A DNA stretch of 64,000 nucleotides from Octopus vulgaris (lineage: Eukaryota), in NCBI GenBank assembly GCA_951406725.2, contig OX597821.1, forward strand, positions 47,492,001-47,556,000. Direction: 5' to 3'. The translations under genes were made by a program, and so were the position numbers. The notes under the pieces were generated by a model, which did no database searches, was not told where the DNA came from, and saw only the letters and a list, made by a program, of their open reading frames with translations. Positions 11,609 through 24,254 of the stretch are shown here, one piece after another (position 1 is the stretch's first letter; each line of letters opens with the position of its first letter).

Positions 11609-12400
11609 TACAGTGCTCCCTGTTTATAAGGCACCTTGCTATACCGTGTCTCCACATATAACGCAGGTGGTTTGATGGACCCCAAAATAATTTGAATCAG
11701 AATTTCTCTCATTATCACTCACAACTTGCAAGAACCTTGATTAAAAACAGAATTTCAGCGAATTTCAATGAAATAAATACCTTAATCAACAGCTTGGAAA
11801 TGTTGCCATCGGTTACCATATGATTGGGTGCTACTTACATGTATTGTGTGCATAATTTCTTTGATTTTGTGATGAAAACACCTTTTTGGTCGGTAAGTGC
11901 TTTTGACTGTTTTCCATGATTTGCTTGAATTGTTTGAAGAAGCTTCTGCCAATCAAAGTGTTTAAATGAGTCAAATAAATTAATATTTAAAGGAAGTAAT
12001 TAACACCTTGGAGGTACAATTTATATAAAAGGGAGATCATATTCCACTTCATTCATTACAATTTCAAGCTACCTTGCAGATATTTAAAAAAAAAAAAATT
12101 ACCGCATGAATACACTATGCCTAAGAGGAAATCCTCTGCTGTAAAGGAAAAGTTAAATTTGGTTGACTGCATACGAAATGCAGTGTAAAAGCATTTCATA
12201 AGTATTTATTGAAAATTCTTATTTTAGAGTCAACAGGAATTACTTACAGAAGTAAACAATGTAAATATTTTTAAAAAGTTGTTTCAAGTGCGGTAATTCA
12301 TGATATTTTGTAAGTAATTTATTGCTGTTTTATAATAAATGTTAAATTGAATATGTCTTTTCTCGTTCGTGCACTTTACTAATCAAATTAAGTATCTCAT
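11609..12400 (+). mobile_element. pogo/Tigger-like DNA transposon remnant
   Basis: TA-CAGTG..CCC terminus; MPKRKSSAVKEKLNLVDCIR at ~12117 resembles the CENP-B-type N-terminal HTH of pogo transposases. Confidence 0.45.
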
Positions 12401-12479
12401 TTTCTTCTATTATCGTTTGCCTTCTACCCGTGAATCTATGGCCTGGATGCGAAATTTTTTCCCCACCAGAGTTCCAAAC

Positions 12480-12670
12480 TCCAGTTATGAACTCATTTGC
12501 CATAAATCAACAAATAAAGAGTTATTAGCTATATTTTCCCACTTAATGCCATAGATCCGTCTGAGGCACATCTGATGGAAACGTTCCAGTTGTTTAAGGT
12601 GGTATCGATATGTGTCCCAAGTCTTGCAGGCATAGACAAGAGAAGGGAGCACACATGCCTTGTACACCTT
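12480..12670 (-). mobile_element. RTE LINE fragment (post-RT region)
   Basis: YKACVLPSLVYACKTW...LERFHQMCLRRIYGIKW. Confidence 0.8.
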
Positions 12671-13420
12671 TATCTTTATCTTTCTGCATATGTCTCGCCG
12701 ACTCGTAAGCTCAACTCTGATGCAACTCTTCTCCCTATTATTCTTTTGTTTTTATCTCTCTTCTACCACTATTCTATCCTTTTATTCTTTCGTTTTCTCT
12801 CTTCCTTTCTTTTGTCTCCCCTTCTCCTTCTCGCTTTTTTCGCTCTTATCCTGTCTCCAAATTTTTTCTTCTCCTCTTCGCAGTTCTCTCTCACTCTCTC
12901 TCCCTCACTCTTCCTCCTTTGCTCACGTGGCCCCCACGTGACCATCGGCCAATCTCCTAACTTGTGCTTCTTTCTTTCTTCCTGTTTCAACTGGATGGGA
13001 AGACGTATTGTTCTCTGTCTCTTGTCCAGACTTGTTTCTTCGCATTCACCACCACAACCTCGTATAGGCTTAGCAGCACTTCCTGTTTCTTTTCACTGTC
13101 CTGTTTTTATCACCAATCTTATCACACTCCGCAAGGTCACAAGTTTTATTTAATTTGTTGTGCGAGAGCAACTGTTCTATCGAAAGTGTATCGTGTTGAG
13201 GGTTGCTTGAAATATGGATTAGAAAACAGTCGACAACTGATGAAGGGTCGTTTCTTGCATTGCTTGTCTTGTTTTGCATTTGTTTCTTTCATTGCTTACA
13301 GAAAAAAAGTCCTTATTCCATGTCTTTGTACTTCGTATTTTTTGTTGTTTATGTTTTGTGATGTCCTGTGCCCACATTTGCATATGTATATACATATGCA
13401 TGTAAGTATGTATGTATACG
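12670..13420 (+). mobile_element. Family B repeat, second copy
   Basis: Reverse-complement homology to 6795-7445; contains CTGATGA at ~13237. Confidence 0.55.
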
Positions 13421-13487
13421 TATGTATATATGCATATATATATTTACTATTCATATTATATATACATATATATATATACATATATAT

Positions 13488-13534
<47 letters not shown>

Positions 13535-13538
13535 CATT

Positions 13539-13573
<35 letters not shown>

Positions 13574-13576
<3 letters not shown>

Positions 13577-13612
13577 TAGCAGAGATACCCGGCGTTGCCC
13601 GTGTTACATGCA
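13574..13612 (-). mobile_element. Helitron 3' terminus (hairpin + CTAG); body probably extends to ~14850
   Basis: Minus strand cacgggcaacgccggg hairpin followed ~8 nt later by CTAG-T. Confidence 0.7.
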
Positions 13613-14860
13613 ATTGAAGAATTAGACTTTTCTGTAATATTTTCTGTAATGAACTGGAATATCTATGTTTCGAATTTCATCAAAATTGCAGATGAGGGTT
13701 ATTTCCCTCTTTACACACCCTAAAAAAATTGTAATCGTGCCACATGTATCCCATACTACTGATTTTTATGTGCATATTCCAAAATTCCAGTCTTACTGAA
13801 CCTGTTAAAAAGATTTTGCTCCTGAAAAATGAAGGTCATGGAGCTCTAAAATGTGAGAGTTAAGGCCCTGTTGGGAGTGGGCATCTTAATGTCAACCAGA
13901 GAAGTTGAATTGTTGAGAATCTTTTTAAATTGGGTCTTATTTCTATTGTTTGAATTTCTTTGAAATAGGAAATATATGTTCACTGGGTTTGTAAAAGAGA
14001 GCAAAGCTACAGGAAACCAAAAGACGAATGATCACAATAAGCAGTCAGTTACCCTACCTTAGTCATTACCGCTCCCAATGTAGGATTCCTCACCATCCAG
14101 GTGATAGGCACAGCCGTAAGATGCATTACAAATCTATAGCAATTGGAAGGGCGTAACCCAACTGTGTGACGTGAGGGCTAAGGAGAAATGAAAGTTGGAG
14201 TTTGCAAATGACCACTATATTGATACGTAACTGGACAGAATAAATTTACTATCTATAAATCTCTTTGAATAACCAGTCACTCATCTGGGAAGGCCTTGAA
14301 ATCAATGTTACCATCTGTGGACTATGTGTGACCCAGTGATAATAAAAAGACTGAAAGGAGAACTGCAATCAAATAACTTTACTCAACACTTTGCAACTGA
14401 ATCAGTGGAGGCAAAGATGCCTCTCATTTACTTGACGATTTATGCACCACATTGCAGGAATCACAATGTAAGTGTATGTCAAAGCAAACTATTACACTGT
14501 TGTACAATTGAATTACAAATAATGCTCAACTTTATGCTTATGTAACCCTACAGCTTCCAAGAGCACAACTGTATTCGTTTTTGCTTGGATAAAATGACAA
14601 AATTGTGGGTGTTAAGTCCCCATGGAGGGGTCTTTCTAACTTGTAAGAAGATCAAATTTTATAAATATTACTTCATTTGTGTCTAATATCTATGATTAAA
14701 ATTTCATCAACAGCAAAAATATGTGAATTGTCATGGAGTTTATGGCCCTTATGCATAGAATATAATTTCCAAATTTCCTAAATTCAGTACTTTTGACCTA
14801 TTTTTGGATCATAAAAGAAATGACTAAAATTTGGGAATTAAGACCCCCATTAGTGTGTTA

Positions 14861-14902
<42 letters not shown>

Positions 14903-14924
14903 GATATACACACACACTTACAAA

Positions 14925-15183
14925 GATAAATTGATAGATACAACTGAGTGGGCAAAAAAAATATGAGACACAGCCTAGTGCTTTTTTTATGTTGATAAAC
15001 CTGGTACTTATTCTATTAGTTTGTTCTTGTAAAAGCAGTAAGTTATGGGGATGTAAATAAATGAACAGCAGTTGTGAAGCAGTGATGAGGGCGAAACACA
15101 GAGATAAAGACACACACATACACTTGCATATATACATACATATATATACGAATGATTTGTTTCAGTTCCTGTCTACAAAATCC

Positions 15184-15226
<43 letters not shown>

Positions 15227-15430
15227 CACACACACAAAGATAAATTGATAGATACAACTGAGTGGGCAAACAAAAATACGAGACACTGCCTAGTCCTTTT
15301 TTTATTTTGATAAGTCTGGTACTTATTCTATCAGTTTCTTCTTGTGAGACCAGTAAGTTATGGGGATGTAAATAAATGAACACCAGTTGTGAAGCAGAGA
15401 TGAGGGAGAAACACAAAGACACATATAAAC
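14925..15430 (-). mobile_element. Two tandem partial copies of SINE family C internal region
   Basis: 14925-15120 and 15230-15430 are near-duplicates containing ctggtacttattctat...taagttatggggatgtaaat. Confidence 0.7.
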
Positions 15431-15456
15431 TTACATATATATACATATATATATAC

Positions 15457-15620
15457 AATTGATTGTTTCTCTCCTTGCTTTTTTCTGTGTCCCTTTCTGT
15501 AGAAGAGCGTAGGCTCGAAACGTAAAAGACTTTTTCTATTCCTGAGCGTTATACTAATACATCTGTTTGTTTTGTACACCACATGTCTTCGTCTTTTGTT
15601 TTTTTGTGAACTCTCCCTAT
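15457..15620 (+). mobile_element. Small hammerhead-bearing element (family H) in (TA)n
   Basis: Homologous to 38163-38345 and 55250-55430 (both minus). Confidence 0.75.
15489..15530 (+). ncRNA. Minimal hammerhead-like motif, A6U variant with an extra A after A9
   Basis: CTTT-CTGTAGA-A-GAGC gtag GCTC-GAAA-CG-TA-AAAG. Confidence 0.65.
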
Positions 15621-15654
15621 ATATACACATACACACATATATATATATATATAC

Positions 15655-15717
<63 letters not shown>

Positions 15718-15800
15718 CATATATATAAATAAATATATATATATACATACATATATATATATATAGATATACATATATGTATATACATATATATACATAT

Positions 15801-15832
<32 letters not shown>

Positions 15833-15833
15833 G

Positions 15834-16031
15834 TGCCACCTGTGCAGGTGGCACATAAAAAGCACCCACTACACTCACGGAGTGGTTGGCGTTAGGAAGG
15901 GCATCCAGCTGTAGAAACATTGCCAGATAAGACTGGAGCCTGGTGCAGCCTTCTGGCTTCCCAGATCCCCGGTCGAATCCGTCCAACCCATGCTAGCATG
16001 GAGAACGGACGTTAAACGATGATGATGATGA
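15834..16031 (+). mobile_element. Family A RTE-associated 3'-end fragment
   Basis: ggagtggttggcgttaggaagggcatccagc...(GAT)n tail. Confidence 0.8.
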
Positions 16032-16038
16032 TATATAC

Positions 16039-16086
<48 letters not shown>

Positions 16087-16409
16087 ACATATATATATAT
16101 ACACATGCATGCATATATATATATACACATACATGCATATATATGTATGTATGTGTTCATATAAAAGACTATTTTACTAAGAATTTTAAAACATTAATTA
16201 CAAAGCTGTTGAAATAGAATTTCTGCACATTTTTTTGAGCAGTCAGTTTTACATTTAATGTACATGTGTGTGTGTGTGGGGGGGGGGGGGTAAATGGATG
16301 AGTTCAGTAATTAGTTGTCCATAATGACTGTATAAATTGTGCTTTATCTACATATTAATCAAGTATAGAGCTTTAGGTACTGGGAAAATTAAATTAAATT
16401 TCTTAGTCG

Positions 16410-16477
16410 TTTAATATTATTATTGTTGTTATTGATGCAATTATTATGACTATCATCATCATCATCATTGGTATCAC

Positions 16478-16510
<33 letters not shown>

Positions 16511-16512
16511 CA

Positions 16513-16554
<42 letters not shown>

Positions 16555-16660
16555 TTGTTGTTGTTGTTGTTGTTGTTATTGCTGCTGCTGTTGTTGTTGT
16601 TGTTGTTGTTGTTCTTGTTGTTGTTGCTATTATTATTATTATTATTTTATTATTATTATT
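16410..16660. repeat. Compound (ATT)n/(GTT)n/(ATC)n microsatellite
   Basis: Direct sequence. Confidence 0.95.
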
Positions 16661-16890
16661 AAGGCAGTGAACTGGCAAAATAGTTACCACATTGGGCAAA
16701 ATTGCTAGCGGCATTTTGTCCATCTTTATGCTCTAGGTTCAAATACCTCTTAGGTTTACTTTGCCTTTCATCCTTTTGGGATTGATAAATTAAGTATCAG
16801 TCAAGTACTGAGGTCAATATGGTCGTCTTTCCCCACCCACCAATACTTCAGGCCTTGTAGCTATAGTAAAAAGTATTATTATTATTATTT
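16661..16890 (+). mobile_element. tRNA-derived SINE family D
   Basis: B-box-like ggttcaaatacc and core gcctttcatccttttggg..gataaattaagta.cag; matches 51261-51477 and 45935-46155. Confidence 0.75.
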
Positions 16891-18776
16891 AAGATGTCAC
16901 ATGGAATCCAATATCATGCTGGTATTGTTTTACATTTTTTATTAGCATTTAATCCCACCCTTGTTATGTACAGGTAGATATATTCTATCTGTATCAGTTT
17001 GGGACAGTGACTTTGGAACACTGTTAGAAGTTCCTTGGTTTTTCTTTCTAAGGTCTTCAATCCTCTTATCTCTTAGTATCTGTAATTATGATAACTAGTG
17101 TATTTACATCTATTGTCTTATTTCCATTAAGTGTTTTAAAGCTAGTCTGACTCTTCCATACTACTCTTTTTTAATGTTCCCCTTCATTTCTCTGTGTTGC
17201 ATTGTATCAATTTCCTTGACTTCTAGAAATTTTTATAAGTTGCTTTTAACTTATTGCATAATCCCAGTGTTTGTATCTAATTAAATGTTCTGAATTTTTG
17301 CCTCATTTCCATGTAGCCCTGACACATTTGTTCTATCCAATATGCATTTTCATACCTTGGCTGGGTTTATGCTTTTGAATGAAATTTTATCCCTGTGCAT
17401 ATTCTTATATAATTCACATAAAGGACATGATTTATTGCTTCTCCATAATATCTCTAGCCAATGATGTTGACCAACAGCTCAATTAGAGTTCCCAACCATG
17501 ATAACAAAGATGCTGTCATTCATTGCCAAGATGGTCCTCAAGAAGGTCTCATATAAAAAAAATCTTTTTGTTCATCTGTTCATCTTGATTGTGGTGCATA
17601 TACATAGATAACTGCTGCTGTCATGTTTCACATGAACAGTCTAAACTTAATTACTCTGTCACACTTAATTATTCCGTCTTAATTACTTTATCCACGTTCT
17701 GCCTACTTCACCTGTTCCAGCACAGTTCTCCTCTAAGAATTTGTACCTGAGGCTTTCTTTTATTTTACTTCTTGTACCCAACACATTTATTTGGCTCTAC
17801 AATAGCATCTCTATAATTTCTCCAGTCCAACTCATCATCTGACCAATATTGATAGCAACGAACAATTTGCACCTGGCAAGAAGAGTCGAGTTTCCTGTGG
17901 TAAGCAGATTGATTTCTAATTGTTTGTCAGATTGTTTGGCAACACATGGCTGGTTGTTTCCACCTTTAACTGATTGACTGTTTATTCACTCATTCACTAA
18001 CAAATTTCTACCTGTCTTTTGGTGACATTAATAACACAGTGGATGTTTGTCTGTGTTCTTACAGCTGGATGTCACCCCTATCACAAACCACTTTACAGAA
18101 CAGAGACTGACAGTGTTTTATCAAGCCATCCACACAATATAAGTTGTCTGTCAGACCCATAGTGCCACCTCTACACATTTTCAGCTTCTATTCAATGTTG
18201 TCTCTCTCCTACACTGCTGACTTGCAGAGACTACATCTTCTCTGAGAGGCCATTATAAGGAGGAAACCAAGCAAAACTCTGAAAACGCTTTAGGTTCACT
18301 ATGACCACACACACAATCATTAGTTAGTACTTATTATGTTGACCAGGACATAAATAAAAGGCAAAATTGACCTGGCTGGGGTTTGGACTCAGAAAGTAAT
18401 CTAAGACTGCAAGCTATATTCTTTTATACTTTTACTGGTTTCAGCCATTGGCTTCTGACCATGCTGGGTATGCTGGATTATGTTGAACTTAGAACCTTGT
18501 CTGATACTTCTTCTAAAACTTTCAGGAAGTAGAATGACAAAGTTGACCTAGCTGGGATTTGAATTGAGAACATAAAGAGATGTAATCAAATATCATAAGT
18601 TTTTTTTTTATTTAATGAATCCATTTTGTAAATTAGCCACAATAGAAGATTGATAGATTGAAAAGAATAGCTTAAGATGACCATATGTCCAAGATTTTCC
18701 TCTTCTGTAGAAAACAGCTTAATCATAAGATTTTTGCTAAACTTAAGATTAACATCTTCAATTACATCTTACTTAA

Positions 18777-19300
18777 TTGTTGTTGTTGTTGTTGTTGTTG
18801 TTCTTCTTCTTCTTCTTCTTCTTCTTCTTCTTCTTCTTCTTCTTCTTCTTCTTCTTCTTCTTCTTCTTCTTCCAGCATTCACCCAGGTTGGGTTTGAGCT
18901 GGCTTCATTCATCCTCCATGCTGCATCTCTCACCAACGCCGACCAGGCCTGGCGATTTGAGGCTAATGACCACGTGATCTCCAACCACTCTTTATTCCAG
19001 CAGTGAACTCCGTAGATATGGGGGTCTAGGTCGGGTTCCAGATCAGCCTTGACTATCATCAACCAGGTTTTTCGTTGTCCACCACATCGCTTTCGCCAGC
19101 CCTGAAGGAGAGCTGGGGCAATTGCTTCGTAGATGAATTCTCCTGGTTGATGATGGAGGGCATGACCCAGCCAACACAGACATCTCTTTAGGATGACTTG
19201 TCAGAGGGAGGTGATTCTGCACTTCCCTTCGACAAGTCATCCTAACGAGACGTTCTTCTGTAATTCTCTCGTTGCAATGCCAGTACACTTTAACCATCCC
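18777..19300 (-). mobile_element. RTE-clade LINE 3' end with (AAG)n/(AAC)n tail
   Basis: WRKRCGGQRKTWL..VKADLE...YG..W..EW...LASNRQAW; tail at 18777-18872. Confidence 0.75.
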
Positions 19301-20469
19301 TGTTACATTATACAACAGTTACAGCAACAACAATAATTGTATGGTTTGGTGTGTGATTGTTAAGTGATAATTTTGATCTCTTGTTTACTTTCAATTAATG
19401 ATGCATTGATTTGTATACATATTCATTAATTTACTAAATATATTGTTGTTTAATTTTTAAAATTAAAAAACAAAAACACACAAAACAACAACAGGCTCAT
19501 AAAGAAATATAAATAAACATATCAATAAATGTAATAAATCAATCAAGGAATTAAGAGTAAAATACATATCAGTTGCTTGACACATAATAATCATTTGCAA
19601 AATTATACAAGCATTCTTGTCTGTCAAACGTTCTTGGCCATACTAATGAGATAATTACAGAAGAGCAATCATGCAATGTGAGAAATTTATTGCTGGGTCA
19701 GGCACCCCCTAACCAATTTTTCTCATCTGTTTTGAACTGAAATTATCATGCAAAAAGAAAAAAACAACACATTTTGCTTGTGTTTAGTTAAGGTCATGCA
19801 CATTCTCAAAAAGAGCAAAAGTTTGTTGCAAAATTTAAATCACGATGGAAAATATGTTTTAATTGGCAGTAGTTCCACAGGTCATCAGTATCAAAGGAAC
19901 CAGAAAGAAACTATCAACAACAGAAAAACAGATTGAACTGAAATTTATGAAGATACTTCTGTCGGTAAATTATGAAATTACTTACATCAGTAATTGTGAA
20001 CTTCTTTCTGTCAGTAATTTGTTGTTGTTTGTTTGTAAATGGTGACTGAAAACTTAGACTTACGGTGAAAACAATAACAAGTAAGTTAAACAATGGCATA
20101 TGAGAATTGAAAGTGAAAAGAATAGCAACTGAAAAATGAAAGTGAAAACAAGAGATATAGATACAGAGATATGTTACAGAGAGATAGAGATAGAGATCTA
20201 TAGAGAGATATACATAAAGAGATATGTTACATCACTGATGCTAGAAAACCGAAAGTAAATATTTTTAAAACTTTCAAAGACGTGAATGTAATATAAAAAG
20301 CAATATTCTTTATTTTTAATAATTTTCAATTAAAAAATCAAATGTACAGCCTATTATTTGTCTGAGGTCAAATTATTCATGCATCCCTAGTATGAAAGCA
20401 ATTGATGAAACCGTTTACTCGTGAAAAGTGAATATGCTCACATCTCTATCATATATATATATATATATG

Positions 20470-20539
<70 letters not shown>

Positions 20540-20596
20540 TTAGTGAATTGAAGAAATGGAGTTGAACGAAGATTGAACAGAAATCGTTTTATTGCA

Positions 20597-20676
20597 TTCT
20601 ACACGTGTTTCGAAAGCCACAATTTACCAAATTCCGATTGAATAAGGAGACCATATTGTGTCTTTCTCTTCAGGAA
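20597..20676 (-). ncRNA. Minimal type I hammerhead ribozyme (inverted pLTR copy)
   Basis: Reverse complement of 22506-22585. Confidence 0.8.
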
Positions 20677-20900
20677 GAAATAGGGAAATCCGTTGGCAAA
20701 AACAAAAACAGAACAGAGGCGCAGCAAAACAAATCGGACGAGGCTCCAAAGAGCCCATGGCCAAACTGTTTATCAATGTATGTTGAAATAGGGTGGTGGG
20801 TGCGTTGAAGATTTTAACAGGTCAGGCAGTGGTCATTCCGGTGGGTGAGAGCACGGGGTGCGTAGATGTTCTTTGTGACCGAGACTAAAGTTCTGACTAT

Positions 20901-21830
20901 TTAAAGGTTAACTCGCATAAAGTTAGGATAGCTTTCTCCAACACTAAAAACCTCGCCCAGATAATCGCCTCCCATAATAATAGGCTGCTTACTAAGACCC
21001 TATCACCCTTTTCCGGAGGCACAGCTTCTTCCGCTCCCGGTTTAACGCTCAGTAGGAATAATAATAGTAGTAATAATGATATGAGAGCCAGTACAGTGAC
21101 TCATAATCTCAGCTCCAACCAGGGATTATATACTAGGGGTATAGATATAAATAAGGGTGATGTCATTAACGGTAACAATGGCAGTAGTGAGGTGAGCGCA
21201 GCTCGGCTCATTAGGGTAGAGAGTCCCAATAGCAACTCCAGCATCGTTTCCGGCAATAGCAGCACCACGGGCACTAGCAATGACAGCACTCTGAGTGATA
21301 GTGTAGAATCAGGGGTTATTCCGTTAGTTAATAGTGACGTAGTGGAAAATAAAGTAGTAAGCGGCTGCAGTTCTCGCAACAAATATAGTAACAGTAACGC
21401 AGTTCTAATTTCAGAAACTAATCCTAATAGAATAAGGTTCACGTCGGTGAACTCCAAGACCAGAAACGCCGTCTACCAATGCAAGGTTTACACGGACTCA
21501 GATGTCTACTCATATGTCGGGGCCTCATCGTCAAGGTTGGCCTTACGAATCTCCAACCATTACGCAACTTTTCGCGACGTGAATAAATGCCAGACCACGG
21601 GACTTAGCAAGCTAATATGGCGATTGAAGAATACGAACTCAAGCTACAGCCTGGAATGGTCAATTTTGTCGGTGGCCCTCCCATTTGATAGGGGCAGAAG
21701 GAAGTGCAACCTTTGTGTCTCCGAGCTCTTCCATATATTGTTCGCCAGAGACCGGATGGTAAACGGACTTTTACAGTCGGCTTTTCGATGCCCCCATTGG
21801 CGGCGTTATACTTATCTTGCTTATAAATAA
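20901..21830 (+). CDS. C-terminal part of PLE polyprotein: post-RT motif, Ser/Asn-rich linker, GIY-YIG endonuclease with CxxC
   Basis: Frame is open upstream of the ATG at 21081 (KVRIAFSNTKNLAQIIASHN); EN motifs AVYQCKV, YVGAS, RISNH, LSKLIWRLK, LEWSIL, CNLCVSE, CPH. Confidence 0.85.
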   Translation, partial: LKVNSHKVRIAFSNTKNLAQIIASHNNRLLTKTLSPFSGGTASSAPGLTLSRNNNSSNNDMRASTVTHNLSSNQGLYTRGIDINKGDVINGNNGSSEVSAARLIRVESPNSNSSIVSGNSSTTGTSNDSTLSDSVESGVIPLVNSDVVENKVVSGCSSRNKYSNSNAVLISETNPNRIRFTSVNSKTRNAVYQCKVYTDSDVYSYVGASSSRLALRISNHYATFRDVNKCQTTGLSKLIWRLKNTNSSYSLEWSILSVALPFDRGRRKCNLCVSELFHILFARDRMVNGLLQSAFRCPHWRRYTYLAYK

Positions 21831-22009
21831 CGCTTATAAATAATACTTGCACCCGGTTACACTACTTATATGAAAATAGCCCTTGGAAATAAATTTTGAA
21901 AAAGCTTTTTAAGAGAAATATGATTAACCATTGCAAGGGGAATTACTCCCAGGAGACGAATGGGGTTTTGTTTTGACGACGGGGGGTTTCTTTGACAAGG
22001 CATGATTAG

Positions 22010-22210
22010 ACGAACACACGCACACATAAAATATTTTTCTGCCGCCTGACGGATTTTTCAGCAGTGACCATTGTGTAGGGCTGTTTACCAACTGACGGCC
22101 GCGCGATTAAACGTACATACGAACACATAAAATATTTTCTACCCCCTGACGGATTTCTCAGCAGTGACCAGTGTGTAGCGCTTCTTACCAACTTGCGGCT
22201 TCGCACATAT
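22010..22210 (+). repeat. ~110-bp tandem duplication in the PLE 3' UTR
   Basis: acacataaaatatttt...cctgacggattt.tcagcagtgacca.tgtgtag...ttaccaact occurs twice. Confidence 0.85.
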
Positions 22211-22505
22211 AGAACAGTTCACACACACATGTTTCTAAGTAGATTTTGTCCCGCCCCATATAATACACCTAATATTCTTTAAATAGTCAGAACTTTAGTC
22301 TCGGTCACAAAGAACATCTACGCACCCCGTGCTCTCACCCACCGGAATGACCGCTGCCTGACCTGTTAAAATCTTCAACGCACCCACCACCCGATTTCAA
22401 CATACATTGATAAACAGTTTGGCCATGGGCTCTTAGGAGCCTCGTCCGATTTGTTTTGCTGCGCCTCTGTTCTGTTTTTGTTTTTGCCAACGGATTTCCT
22501 ATTTC

Positions 22506-22585
22506 TTCCTGAAGAGAAAGACACAATATGGTCTCCTTATTCAATCGGAATTTGGTAAATTGTGGCTTTCGAAACACGTGTAGAA
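22506..22585 (+). ncRNA. Minimal type I hammerhead ribozyme, canonical core
   Basis: TTC-CTGAAGA-GAAAG(a)CACAAT...ATTGTG(g)CTTTC-GAAA-CACGTG-TA-GAA. Confidence 0.85.
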
Positions 22586-22798
22586 TGCAATAAAACGATT
22601 TCTGTTCAATCTTCGTTCAACTCCATTTCTTCAATTCACTAATAATATTAAAATTCAATTATCCGCACCAACGCATGGTTGCAACACCATATGGTTGTAC
22701 CTCCAACCGTGCTGTCTTCTGCTGTGATTTTTGCTACCAAGGTATCGGTTAAACTTTTGATTAATCTGCAACAAGATTATTCATCTTTCTATTTCACA

Positions 22799-22862
<64 letters not shown>

Positions 22863-23689
22863 ATATGTATGTATGTATATATATTATTAATAATGCTGCA
22901 AAAACATCACAAAAACTGTTACTCGGAGTTTCACACTAACATGCCTTTTATTTATGTCCTGGTCGATATAATAAGTACTAAAACTGAAAAACACCTTAAA
23001 TCAAAAATCAAAATTTCAGAAATAACTGTAGTTAGAAGGGAAAACATATGTACCAAGAATAAATTAATTAATGGTAAAGTAAGTTTAATTAAAAATAAAT
23101 GCAAGCCTGCATGTAATAATATTCACTTACATAAATCAAATGGCCTAGAACTAAACACACTGTGCACTTAAACCTATACACACTAAAAAACATAAACGTA
23201 CATATGTACATTAAACATACAAACTCTAATACATGCATACATATCTAGAAACATACACAGGCAAAATATAAATATGAATATTTATATACTAATGTATATA
23301 TAGGTATCTACACATATATATATGCACATCATACGTTTTTGCTATATTTAAGTGAGAATGAGAATAAGAATAAGAGGTGGCAGTTGGAAGGAAAAGAAGT
23401 GACAGAATGGAGAAAAAGAAAGAAAGAGAGAGAGAGGGAGAGAGAGAGAAAAATAAAGATAGAGAAGATAATGGCATTCACTAAAGAATCTAACAATAAG
23501 GAAAAGATACATCTAAACTTTATGCATAAAAGTCAAGCATGTGAATGCACATATAAAATATACATACATACTCATTTAAGCAAATACATATATACAATAG
23601 TAATACACATGTAAACACACATACAAATATATAGATAAGCATAAATGCATGTGTATATATATATATGTATATATATAGATATATACATG

Positions 23690-23811
<122 letters not shown>

Positions 23812-24254
23812 TAAGGGTAGAAATTGATATTAATCAATCAAAACCAGTGGCCTAGCATATTTTTTAAAAATCCGAAGTTTAAAACTTTTTTTTACATACA
23901 AAATTTATAGAACTGACCACTAAAAAAATGGACAGCCTATATGCTAGATATAGACGTCAAAATTGCCATTTTCCATGAAGAATGTGTTCTCAAGAAAAAA
24001 ATCAGCAAAAAACCAAAGTGTAAAAATAAGCAAGACAAATGAAAATATACGAAATAAAAAACGATTACCTATGTAATAATTAGTTTCACTTGTTAATATT
24101 TAGGTTTATGGATATGCAAACATCTGCATTTGGAAAATTTCCGAATTACCAAATTATGTGAAGAAAGGGGCTGATTCACATGTGGTGAATTCGGCCCCAA
24201 CTTCCCCAAGGAAAAAGTAAATAGAACTTTTTACTTTTTGTGAACGGACTCACT

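Larger units (their letters stand above)
20532..22798 (+). mobile_element. 5'-truncated Penelope-like element (Naiad-type) with inverted 5' pseudo-LTR, inserted in (TA)n
   Basis: Inverted repeat 20532-20906 vs 22277-22650; GIY-YIG ORF between; hammerheads in both repeats; TA microsatellite on both flanks. Confidence 0.9.

Noticed and set aside
16403-16723. Poly-Ile/Thr/Leu ORFs (also 18677-19062 and 39320-39685)
   Set aside because: Trinucleotide repeat artefacts
16900-17420. Possible R4-like C-terminal remnant on the minus strand
   Set aside because: Only faint motif traces; too degraded to call
20605-20808. ORF MFRKPQFTKF... duplicated at 22335-22577
   Set aside because: Antisense reading of the non-coding pseudo-LTR; the two copies differ by a frameshift
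21915-22060. Possible SECIS hairpin in the PLE 3' UTR (ATGA...AA...)
   Set aside because: No matching 3' GA for the quartet at the right spacing, and no in-frame TGA in the retained ORF
22885-22950. Minus-strand GAAA-CTCCGAG-TA half hammerhead
   Set aside because: No CTGANGA or stem II found upstream; too decayed to call
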